A model generated the notes under the pieces. It searched no databases, was not told the DNA's origin, and was given only the letters and a program-made list of their open reading frames with translations. The translations under genes and the position numbers were made by a program. Shown piece by piece: positions 26,215 to 38,129 of a DNA stretch of 64,000 nucleotides; position 1 is the first letter of the stretch; every line of letters begins with the position of its first letter. The stretch is from Eledone cirrhosa (lineage: Eukaryota), in assembly GCA_964016885.1 (NCBI GenBank), contig OZ024743.1, positions 256,866,001 to 256,930,000 on the forward strand. The letters run 5' to 3'.

Positions 26215-26502
26215 TTCCAAGACAAAAGTGCTCAGTCCCCACTGTAAAGTGGTCGTTTTGGCAACATGATAAAAAGAGCCCAGTCCACACTGTAATGTGG
26301 TCATGTAGGTGACATGACAAATAGCACCCAGCACATGCTGTAAATGGAGTTGGCGTTAGGAAGGGCCTCCAGCTGTAGAAACCAAGCCAAAGTTTGCCTC
26401 AGCTGAACTAAACATGGTCCTCTGACTTCATTCTCTCCCTAAGAGTCAACCCGCTCTACCCATACTAGCATGGAAGATGGGACATTAAACAATGATGATG
26501 AT
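26215..26502 (+). mobile_element. SINE/RTE-related 3' region with a (GAT)n tail
   Basis: Repeated CCCAGTCCACACTGTAA units, core GTTGGCGTTAGGAAGGGCCTCCAGCTGTAGAAA, tail AGCATGGAAGATGGGACATTAAACAATGATGATG. Confidence 0.75.
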
Positions 26503-26503
26503 A

Positions 26504-27176
26504 TCTATATATAATATAAAAGATAGTTGTTTATTTGTTGGTTCGTTCGTTGGTTGAATCACACAAATCTACACGCACATCTAAAGAGAGAGACACACAC
26601 ACACAGAGGGAGAGACAGAAATGGAGAGACAGGCCATTATGCAGAGAGAGATACAATTAAAGTGTTAGATATTCAGAGAGAGAGAAAGAGGTGTCCCAAA
26701 AAAGTGTCAGTTGAAGGTTTAACAATATTGCGTTAGCTTTTATAAAGTCGTTTTACAGTCTTTGATTTTACAGCTCAAAGAAAAAGGGATACTATTTGAA
26801 ATTAATATAACCTCTGCTTTGATCCATATACTACTTACAGTCCATACTAACGAAGCAACACTTCAGAAGCAATGTTATGCGGTATATTGCTGTGTTTCAG
26901 ACGAGGTTCGTTGGAGCTGAAAAAGATCATACTGACTATGGTTATTTCACAACAGTTAAAATCCAAGGCCAATGCTTCCATTTAATCGGCAGTTTACTCT
27001 CCCAGCCTAATAATGTAGTTTTATGATTGTTATTTTTATGTCTCTTTCACATACACTCAAACACACACACATTACGGTTTCACCTCATACTAGACAACAC
27101 ATCCAATACAGTCATTTTCTCCTTTATCCATCTTCTCTTAACTATTCTCCCGGGTGAAGCCAGGTACCTCAGCTAG
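26504..27176 (+). mobile_element. Non-autonomous Helitron
   Basis: 5' end A|TCTATATATAATATAAAG, 3' GC-rich hairpin remnant CCCGGGTGAAGCCAGGTA and terminal CTAG|T. Inserted between A and T with no TSD. Confidence 0.7.
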
Positions 27177-27189
27177 TATATAAAATAGC

Positions 27190-27448
27190 GGACGTGTTGT
27201 TTCCTTGAACAAGACACTTTATTTCACATTGCTCCAGTTTACTCAGCTGTAGAAATGAGATGATAGGGACTGGGGTCCATATCATTCCACTGCAAAGTGG
27301 TCGTGGAGGGGCCACGGCAAAAAAGCACCAGCACTCACTGTAAATGAGGTTGGTGTTAGGAAGGGCATCCAGCTGTAGAAATCAAGCCAGAATCAATTCC
27401 CGCCCCACCCTTGCAAGCAAGGGAAAAGCAGACGTAAGTTGATGATGT
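27190..27448 (+). mobile_element. 5'-truncated SINE (same family as 20790-21173)
   Basis: CCTTGAACAAGACACTTTATTTCACATTGCTCCAG...AGGAAGGGCATCCAGCTGTAG...CCCTTGCAAGCAAGGGAAAAGCAGACGTAAG. Confidence 0.85.
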
Positions 27449-27467
27449 TATATAGATGGATACATAT

Positions 27468-28066
27468 ATCATCATCATCATCATCGTTTAACGTCCATAT
27501 TCCACGCTTGCATGGGTCTGAACGGGAGTTTTCCCACTTGAGGCAAGAGTGGTTGTCTTGCTCGCATAGGACTGTCTGGCGGGTTTTCTACGGCTGGATG
27601 CCCTTCCTAACACCAACCACATTTACAGTGTGGAACTGGGAGGTTTTTACTGTGTTACCTACACGGCCACATTACAGCGTGGACTGTGTGTTTTTTTTGT
27701 CGTGACACCTACACGACCTCATTTGTTTCGGGCTGGATGTTGTGGTACCAACATAACTTTACATTGAAAGGGGTGGTGTGGATGGGGTGAGGGTAGTGGG
27801 ACGGAGGTGTATTTTGTTAGACGTGCCTACTGACTGTAGTAGGTTTCACTTTGTACTTAGGTAAGGCGTGTCTTCTGTATTACTGTGTAGCGCCAAAGAT
27901 CTCGGTCCAGTGACATTGTCTTGGAGAGGTATAAGTGTGTGAGGTCGGAATTTATCAAGTCATCCCAGGTTTTTCTGGGTCTGCCTACTCCGTGGCTACC
28001 GTCTATTTTTATTGTCCTGCGCTTTTTTATACAGCTGTCGTCTTTCATGCGCATCATGTGACCATT
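27468..28066 (-). mobile_element. 5'-truncated RTE LINE copy
   Basis: [33 protein letters not shown]..., 3' UTR and (CAT)n tail. Confidence 0.95.
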
Positions 28067-28096
28067 AGATGGATATATATATAGATAGAGAGATGG

Positions 28097-28208
<112 letters not shown>

Positions 28209-28368
28209 ATATATAGATGGATATATATATATAGAGAGAGATAGATGGATATATATATATATATATATATGGATATATAGATGGATATATATATATACAG
28301 AGAGAGATAGATGGATATATATATATATATATATATATAGATGGATATATAGATGTATATATAGATGG

Positions 28369-28423
<55 letters not shown>

Positions 28424-28519
28424 GAAAAGTATAGAAATTATTGTAGCAAGAAGCCAACAGTATTCCATAATATATAAGTGACTATAGCGTCAAAAGTGGT
28501 CGTATATATATATATAGAT

Positions 28520-28684
<165 letters not shown>

Positions 28685-28694
28685 TATATATATA

Positions 28695-29160
28695 CACTTA
28701 CACTTCTCCAAGACAATGCCACTGGACCGAGATCTTTGGCGCTACACAGTAATTCAGAAGACCCGCCTTACCTAAGTACAAAGTGAAACGTACTACAGTC
28801 AGTTAGCACTTCTAACAAAATACACCCCGTCCCACTACCCCCACCCCATCCACACCACGCCTTTGAATGTAAAGTTATGTTGGTACCACAACATCCAGGC
28901 CGAAACAAATGAGGTATTGTAGGTGTCACGACAAAATACACACAGTCCACGCTGTAATGTGTCCGTGTAGGTAACACGGTAAAAACCTCTCAGTCCACAC
29001 TGTAAACGTGGTTGGTGTTAGGAAGGGCATCCAGCCGTAGAAAACCCGCCAGACAGTGCTATACGAGCAAGTCAACCAATCTTGCCTCAAGTGGGAATAT
29101 TCCCGTCCAAACCCATGCAAGCGTGGAAGATGGACGTTAAACGATGATGATGATGATGAT
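28695..29160 (+). mobile_element. 5'-truncated RTE LINE copy
   Basis: Matches 33080-33553; (GAT)n tail. Confidence 0.95.
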
Positions 29161-29250
29161 ATATATATCTGTTATTTTAATAAATATATATATATAGAGA
29201 GAGAGAGAGTGAGAGAGAGAGTATAAATAAATATATATATATGTATATTA

Positions 29251-29818
29251 TACGTCCCTCTCGCTCTCTCACTCCTTAATATAAATAAGAATGTTACGAG
29301 GGACAAAACCTCAGAATTTGTCAACTCTTATTAAATGGTCAGTCGATTCTACGAAAATGTAATGTAGTATAGAACATTTTCTTCTTGTCTCCTTAAAACC
29401 TGGTTCATTCATCCATATATATCTACAATCGTTGCTATCCTTGCCCTAAATTAATCTTCTCCACGCTTGTTCTAAATAATCTCTCTCATTGCTAAACATT
29501 TTCCAGGATTCATTCATAAAAATAGATTCTCTCGCCCACCAAAATCGCTATTACTCCCACTCTCTCTAACATATACGTCCCTCTCGCTCTCCCACTCCCT
29601 AATATAAATAAGAATGTTACGAGGGACAAAACCTCAGAATTTGTCAACTCTTATTAAATGGTCAGTCGATTCTACGAAAATGTAATGTATTATAGAACAT
29701 TTTCTTCTTGTCTCCTTAAAAACTGGTTTATTCATCCATATATATCTACAATCGTTGCTATCCTTGCCCTAAATTAATCTTCTCCACGCTTGTTCTAAAT
29801 AATCTCTCTCATTGCTAA
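29251..29818. repeat. Tandem duplication (~245 bp shared, 323-bp period) just upstream of the RTE ORF
   Basis: TACGTCCCTCTCGCTC...CTCTCTCATTGCTAA at 29251 and 29574, nearly identical. Confidence 0.95.
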
Positions 29819-29967
29819 CTACCCCATATCCCTCTCTCCCCCCACTCTCCACCTTTACTATTTGGACCAATCACAAGTCAACGGCCTATGCTATCACGAC
29901 TGGCTGCTTTTCGATATGATGGATGGACTAAGGAATTTCTGGAGAGTCTGAAGAATCTGGACACTCG

Positions 29968-32900
29968 ATGACAATGCCAAAGATAACGACAAATTCACCT
30001 CATGCTGCCGGACGAAAGGGCAAGCCCCCCCCCTCTTTGTTTCGGCCGCGGATGGCCAACATAACCCCAAACTCATTCCCCTCACCCCTCCCCGCGCCCC
30101 ATCCTCCAAACACAATCCAAAACTTCAGAGTTGGTACCATGAACGTAGGCACCTTAAAAGGCCGCTCTAACGAGGTTGTAGAATTGCTTGAACGTAAGGA
30201 GGTTGATGTTTGCTGTATCCAAGAGACCAGGTGGAGGGGCGGGTCTGCTAGATTTATTGTGGGTGAAAAACGTTGCTATAAGCTTTTCTGGGTGGGGAAT
30301 GACAATGGGATAGGTGGGGTAGGAATCATGTTATCAGAAAAATGGGTGGATAAGATAATAGATGTAAATAGAGTGAATGACAGAATAATTAAAATAAGAC
30401 TTGTTCTAGACAGAACTACTGTGACAGTAATATCTGCATACGCGCCCCAATCCGGACTGCCTGGCGCTATAAAAGACAGATTCTATGAGAGACTGATGCT
30501 CACTACCTCCCAAATAACCGACAGTGACTATATAATTATTGCTGGTGACCTAAATGGTCACGTTGGACAACATTGTGACGGCTATGACGGAATCCACGGA
30601 GGCTATGGGTTTGGTACTAGAAACGAGGAAGGCTCCAGAATCCTGGAATTCTGTGATGCAAACAACCTAACTATCTGTAACACTAACTTAAAAAAACGAG
30701 ACAATCACTTGATCACCTACAGATCAGGAGAACATACCAGCCAGGTAGATTATATCCTTACCAGAAGACGTGACAGAGTGTCTGTTGTAAACACTAAATC
30801 CCTCCCCCATGAAGAATGCACCTCCCAACATAGACTGATAATTAGCGACCTCATAGTCAGGACGAGACGTACTAGACAGCAGAAGAGGACTATCCTCAGG
30901 ATAAAAATATGGAAGCTAAAGGATGCCACAGCCAGAAATAAATTTCAAAGCATATTACTTGATGCTTTCGACAGTAAGGAAGAGCAATTAGAGTCGTACA
31001 AGGTAGAGGAACAGTGGGAATTCCTGAAAGCAAACCTGCTGATGGCGGCAGACGAAGTCTGTGGCTGGAGCAGGCCTGTAGGCAGGAGGAGAGTAACATG
31101 GTGGAGGAACAGTAAGGTGGAGGAGTCAATCAAGGCCAAAAAGCAGGCTTGGAAAGCATGGCGGGATGGGGGAAGTAGAGAAGACTATCAAGTGGCCAGG
31201 AGGGAAGCTAGGAGACAAGTGTACTTCGCAAGAAGGGAAGCAGAGGAAAGAAAGTTCAAGCATGTTCTACAACGCGAGGACCAAAAACGTGAGGTGTTCA
31301 GGATTGCTAGGCAATGTGTCAAGGAAAACCGTCATATTGTCGGGGAGAAGTGTGTACTTAACGATGATGGCGTACTTGCCATCACTGACGCTGATAAGAA
31401 GGTAGCTTGCAAGTGTCACTACGAAAGGCTACTAAATGAGGAGAATAAATGGGAGAAAAACAATCTCCCCCACATCGACCCAATAGAGGGACCAGCAGTG
31501 TTAGTCGAAGGTAGTATAGTAAGTAAGGCAATCAAAGATATGAAGGCGGGTAAGGCGGCTGGGCCTTCGGAAATAGTTGCTGAGATGCTGAAAGCCTCTG
31601 GTACGGTGGGACACACTATGGTCACCCGGATAGTAAACTAAGTCATACAGAATGGGATTGTTCCGAAGGACTGGCGTAGCAACATCATCGTTAACTGTTA
31701 CAAGGGTAAAGGAGACGCCCTAGATAGGAGTAACTATAGAGGCATTAAATTAATCGACCAGGTCATGAAGGTCACAGAAAAAGTAATAGCGCAACTAATC
31801 AGAGAGAGAATTGATCTAGATGAAATGCAGTTCGGGTTTGTGTCAGGCAAAAGTACCACAGACGCTCTTTTCATTGTACGACAACTACAGGAGAAGTACC
31901 TAGCTAAAAGTAAACCCCTATACTTAGCTTGTGTCGACTTGGAGAAAGCCTTCGACAGAGTACCCCGTTCCATTATCTGGTGGGCTCTTAGAAAACTAGG
32001 TGTTGACGAATGGCTTGTGAGAGCTATACAAGCCATGTATAAAGAAACAGTCAGCAAGGTTAGAATTAACAACGAATATAGTGAAGAGTTTAGCGTAAAA
32101 GTTGGTGTCCATCAGGGCTCTGTTCTTAGCCCCCTACTATTTATGATTGCCCTTCAGGCTATAACAGAGGAGTTCAAGACCGGCTGCCCATGGGAACTCC
32201 AGTACGCAGATGATCTAACGCTCATAGCTGAATCAATGGCCGAGCTAGAGAAGAAATTCCAAACATGGAAGCACGGCCTAGAATCAAAAGGCCTTAAAAT
32301 TAACCTGGCTAAGACTAAAGTTCTAGTTTGTAGGAAAGAAAATAAGGCGCCGGTCCCTTCCGGGAAATGGCCATGCTCAGTGTGTAGGAAAGGCATAGGT
32401 AGAAACTCCATTTTATGTCCCAAATGCAAAGTATGGGTGCATAAAAGATGTAGTGGGATCACAGGTAAGCTAACTAAGAACACAGATTTTACATGTGGCC
32501 GGTGCTCTGGTGCAATAAGTAGCAGCAAGTGCCAGCAGAATACTAGCTCTTTCAATTGCGCAGAGGGTTCTATAGAAATAGTGGACAGCTTCCGTTACCT
32601 GGGTGACAAAATCAGCAGTGGGGGAGGGTGCTCTGAAAGTACAGTAGCTAGAGTCAGAACTGGATGGAAAAAGTTCAGAGAGCTTATACCACTATTAGCC
32701 GCTAAAGGGTTCTCCCTAAAAATGAAAGGCAGGTTGTACGATGCCTGCATACGAACAGCAATGTTGCATGGCAGTGAGACCTGGGCATTGTGTGCAGAGG
32801 ATATATGCAGACTAGAGAGGAACGAAGCTTGCATGCTCCGCTGGATGTGTAATAGTAATATACGTGAACGGCAAAGCATAAACGAACTAAGGAAAAAATT

Positions 32901-33159
32901 AGAAATAAGAGGGATCAGATGTTGTTTACTCGAGAGAAGGCTACGTTGGTATGGTCACGTGATGCGCATGAAAGACGACAGCTGTATAACAAAGTGCAGG
33001 GCAATAAAGATAGATGGTAGCCACGGAGTAGGCAGACCCAGAAAAACCTGGGACGAGCTGATAAATTTCGACCTCATACACTTACACCTCTCCAAGACAA
33101 AGTCACTGGACCGAGATCTTTGGCGGTACTCAGTAACAGAGAAGACCCGCCTTACCTAA
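29968..33159 (+). pseudogene. RTE LINE single ORF (APE endonuclease + reverse transcriptase + PHD-like finger) with one premature stop
   Basis: ORFs 29968-31641 and 31765-33159 are in frame, and the intervening codons (VIQNG...NYRGIKLIDQV) are open. TAA at 31639-31641 corresponds to Gln in the minus-strand copy. Motifs GTMNVGTL, IQETRW, SAYAP, GDLNGH, DYIL, SQHR, QYADD. Confidence 0.95.
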
Positions 33160-33553
33160 ATACAAAAGTAAAACCTACTACAGTCAGTAGGCATCTCTAA
33201 CAAAATACACCCCCGTCCCACCTCCCCCACCCCATCCACACCGCCCCTTTCAATACAAAGTTATGTTGGTGCCACAATATCCAGGCTGAAACAAATGAGA
33301 TCGTGTAGGTGTCACGACAAAAAACACACAGTCCACGCTGTAATGTGGCCGTGTAGGCAACACGGTAAAAACCTCCCAGTCCCACACTGTAAATGTGGTT
33401 GGTGTTAGGGAGGGCATCCAGCTGTAGAAAACACGCCAGACATTCCTATGCGAGCAAGACAACCACTCTTGCCTCAAGTGGGAAAACCCCCGTCCAAACC
33501 CATGCAAGCGTGGAACATGGACGTTAAACGATGATGACGATGATGATGATGAT
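33160..33553 (+). mobile_element. 3' UTR and (GAT)n tail of the near full-length RTE
   Basis: Shared with all the RTE fragments in the window. Confidence 0.95.
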
Positions 33554-33611
33554 AAATACACACTTACTCTTAGGCACATACATATGTACACTCACAAATA
33601 TGATGATGTTG

Positions 33612-33642
<31 letters not shown>

Positions 33643-34036
33643 TATATCTGCATATGCAGGATATCTGTAGATAAATGGCCAAAGAAAATAATCCTCAATC
33701 TAGTAAAAGAGAGATTATTTAGTTTATATTAAATTTCATACATTTAACATGTAGATGTGACTTTTGGTTTGGGGGTCCAGTTATGGCCACCACTCTTTTG
33801 TGGTAGAGTCATTCTGAAACTGATCTGTCTTGTCAGGTGAGAGAGACCAGTTTTACAGTTTAATTTACACACATATATATACACATTGATTCAAAGCAAA
33901 TCGTATGCACCTGTCTGTACATATGGTGATGTAATCTGATATCCTACTGATTTGGGGGAGTTACACCCCTCCGTTTTTTAATGGAAGTATTTATGAACTA
34001 TGATCATTATTCTTAGAGTATTGTTCTTTTCTTTAA

Positions 34037-34254
34037 CCCTTTAGCATTTACATTACTCTATATTTACTATTATATTTTCACGGTAAAGGCTTTACCTCAC
34101 ATAATTATCTTACATAATATCGAATCTATGAGATTCTGATGTTTATTTTAGGAACAATACCTGAATATCATTATGAGCAGCCGGTTATAGTCAATTTGAA
34201 TAGAAAGAAATGAGAGAATTCGGGCCAGATATGGCCAGTTTAAATGCTACAGGG
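34037..34254. mobile_element. piggyBac-like MITE
   Basis: TTAA duplications at 34033-34036 and 34255-34258. TIRs CCCTTTAGCATTTA / TAAATGCTACAGGG match at 13 of 14 positions. Confidence 0.85.
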
Positions 34255-34383
34255 TTAAATTTATCCTTGCACCTGATGAGAGAGGCCAGTTTTAAAATGA
34301 CTCCTCCATTATACAGGGGTGGTCATTACTTGACCGCGAAACCGAAGGTCACACATACATGTTAATTGCATGAAATTTAATAT

Positions 34384-34448
<65 letters not shown>

Positions 34449-35469
34449 TTATTTATATTGATCATGCTTAAAACAAAAGCTCTTCTCTGCGTATGTGTGT
34501 GTGAATAAATGTGCTTATGTTTGTGTATACATGTGTGAGTGCAACTGTGTGTGAAAGGATATCATATGGTGTTATCGTTCTATACATATTTTTCTGCTCT
34601 GCTACCACTGCAATATAGTTAGTAAGATAAGCAGCTGTCAGGAGGAGAGAATCAATATTCCCTCACCAATCCAACAGTGTTATTAATTCCAAGTGTGACA
34701 AGCATCATAAAAATCACTTCTCTATCATAAAAACAGTTAGGAAATCACTTCCATCTCAACTAACATCCAAACAACCAATAGAAAAAACTCTACACACACA
34801 TAAAAAAAATTCAATACAAATGTCACAGCATCTTCAGAAGACAAACAGTATCATCGTGTATTCTTCTCCAATTTTCTCCACTCTCATGCTTTAATGCTTT
34901 CGTTGCTATATGTTTAAGGAAAGAAAAAAACTGCCTATGATTTTCAAATAATTTTGAAAATATTCAAGGATTTGGTGGGATTTTGTAATAAAATTTTCTG
35001 ATTATTGAACTGATGTTTGAAACATCATTTCACAAAGGTTTTTGCAAAACATTATGAGGGAAAGGTTTTAGATATATATAAACACTTTAACCCTTGAGTT
35101 ACCATATTTCTATTGAAGAGAGATTGTTTATGATTTTAAAATCATTTTGAAAATAATCAAGAATATGAGGGGATTTTGTATCATAACTTTCTCATTATTA
35201 AGCTTATGTTTGGAACAGGAATTACAAGGAAAGGTTTTAGCTAAATAACTAAACAACAAGCATTTTAAGGCAATTTTCCCTGTTAAAGCGGAGGTTAGCC
35301 ACGTAGGCTCCATGACATGGCATATCTTTTTGAGGCAATGTTTTACAGCTGGTTGCTCATTGTGGCAGCAACCCTTTTAATCATAACTTACAACGTGATG
35401 GGATATGGAGTACTTATCTAAACCGCACTGAGATATGGTGTATAAACGAATATACAAAATAGCTTGAGG

Positions 35470-36420
35470 AGAGGCTAGACATGAGGTATACATAAGAAGA
35501 AAAGAAAAAGTTTGTATATGTTCTACATTGTGAGGATCAGAAGTGTGAAGTATTCTGGATTGTGAGATAGTATGTTAGTAAAAAGTCTAGGCGTGGTTTG
35601 GGAAAAGTGCTTCTGAAATGATAGTGGAGCATATGCAGTGACTAATGCTGAACAGAAAGAGACAAAAGTCCTATTACAAGAAATTGTTGAATGAGGAACC
35701 AGGTATAAAATTTGACAGCATTGTGATAGACAAAGCGATTAAGAATATGAAGGTAAGGAAGGCAGCTAAACCCTCCGGTATAGTTGTTAAGATGCCAAAA
35801 TCAACTGGCATGGCAAGGCTACAAGCTAATCAAATACTTAATTAATTAAGTGGCAAAAGATATGTAATGATTGTGATATATAGTGATTGGTGCAGCAACA
35901 TCATTGTGAACTGCAACAAGGGCAATAGAGTCACACAACAGAGACATCAAGTTGATGGCCCATAGCATGAAAGTTACTGAAAGGATTATAGCAGAACTAA
36001 TTAGGGATAGCGTCAAGTTAGATGGGATGCAATTCATCTTTATGCCAGATAAGAGTACTACTGATGCTCTCTTTCTCATGAGACAACCACAAGTGAAGTA
36101 TTTAGCTGAAAGTAAGCATCTATACATTTCATTTGTTGATCTAGTAAAGGCCTTTGACAAGGTCTCATACTCTGTAATCTGGTGGGTGATAAGGGCACTA
36201 GGTATAGATGAATAACTTATGAGTGTAGTACAAGCCAAGTATATAGTTGCAGCAAGCAAGGTAAAAATTAGGAATGAGTACAGTGATGAATTTGAAGCGC
36301 AGATAGGGGTCTACCATACCTCAGTCCTCAACTCACTTCAGTCCATGAGTCCATAGAATAATTAGAGACGAAATGCCAGACATTGAAGCAAAACCTAAAA
36401 TCAAAAGGCTTAAAAGTAAC
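35470..36420 (+). mobile_element. Older degenerate RTE copy related to the main family
   Basis: KAIKNMKVRKAAKPSGIV, MKVTERIIAELIR..LDGMQFIFMPDKSTTDALF, FVDLVKAFDKV. Confidence 0.85.
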
Positions 36421-36570
36421 TATCTAATAAGAATGAAAACGGCAGCACAGTATCAGAACTAATATATTTACATATTGTTTTCCGAAAAAATGTATACACA
36501 CTTTGGTTACCTGTACAGGCAATATTTATTAGAAAGCTGTTGCAGTGTGTATACATTTTGGGGGACACAC

Positions 36571-36635
<65 letters not shown>

Positions 36636-36859
36636 ATATGTGTGTTTGTGTGTGTATCCCTGTATGATTGATTTATAAAATTATCATATCAACAAATATG
36701 AGATCCACATAGTAGAGCTGTCATAAAACAGGAAATACATGACAGGATATGAGTTGTTCACCATTAGCATTTGGCTGATAGACGTTTGTCTGTGATCACT
36801 TCATGTAATGTATATATAGAGAGAGAGGTATATTTAGAGTATATTGTAATTATAGCAGA

Positions 36860-37823
36860 CGTATTTTTCGCCCCCCAAGAAGCGAAGTCTCACTCTTTGG
36901 AAACCCTAAAGAGTGAGGAGATAGTCTTGGTGCCCTCCTACTGTGGGCAGAAAATTGTGAGGGTCAAAGTGACCCAGGTCCCGCCCGACTTGCCCGTACC
37001 TTGGCTGGCCACATCTGTACAGGTTGGAATTGAGGAGAAGACCACCATACTGCAAATGCAAAGGATGGGAAGAGAGAACTGGTCAGGAATAGGCATGCAA
37101 ATACAGACTGACCAAGAGTGCATTGAGGCCATCCCAGACATCATTGACCTCGAAGAAGGGCTTCAAGCGTGGACGGAAAGCGTCCAAAGTGCTATCTCTG
37201 TGGGCAGAAGGGTCACTCAGGGCCTTCTGCCCACAGAAGACAGCCAAAAAGAGGGCCTCCTCCTTCCGACACCTGATCCGCTGCTACCAAGAGCAGGGCA
37301 GGCAACAGAGGCAGAAGACCCATCCATAATGAGTAGGAGGGCAACGTCCGTGGCACCCATACCAAGACCACGGACGACTAAAGGAGCGGCAGCAGTGGCA
37401 GCAACACCAATAGTCGCAGTAGCTACACCGGCGGTAAAATTGCCGGAGCGGGCTCCATTACCACCACCAACAGCAGTGGATCTCATGTCCCTCCTGGAGG
37501 CCGCGTGGTCCGACATGGAGTGTGAGGTGGGAGGGAAGAGGCAAACGGTCTGCCACAAAAAAACAAAAAACAAAAAACACTTAGCTTTACCCTCCAAAAG
37601 CGAAAGCAGACAAAGAGGGGTAAAGGCTGCAAGGAGACTTGCAGAAACACCATCACCATCACCACCACAAGCATCACAACCAACAACAACCACACCACCA
37701 CCCACATCACCAAAAACACAAACATCGCAAACACAACAAAACACACACACCAAACAGCAACAACATCAAAACAGCAACAAAATCGCCCTCCAAATAGTAC
37801 ACAGCTATAAACATGGCAAATAA
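36860..37823 (+). pseudogene. Tx1-like ORF1 (gag-like nucleic-acid-binding protein), frameshifted
   Basis: Across a frameshift, 37190-37230 reads CYLCGQKGH-LRAFC (CX2CX4HX4C), followed by a Pro/Thr/Lys-rich tail. Confidence 0.7.
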
Positions 37824-38129
37824 AGAACTCCTACAACACAAAGCAGCACACAGACATCACAGAAAAAAACTACTACGACCCACCAACATCAAGAACTCGC
37901 CCGACAAACATAAGCATCATTGAAATCTCAATATAACATTACAAACTTTTAAAGCAAATATTCCCCAACGCAGTTGGCGACTTCAGAGGGTTGGTTACCA
38001 GGAGGATATACACCGACATCCTCTTGGAAACACCCATGACCAGCCAAAGGGACATTTCTACTATCCCTTCACCACACGATCAAGGTAAGTGATCCTTTCT
38101 CACTTACCCCGTTTCTCATCCAACAGGGC

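Noticed and set aside
36472-36574. Possible ~100-bp Tc1/mariner-like MITE (AAAATGTATACACACT inverted pair)
   Set aside because: The left terminus is too degenerate to call with confidence.
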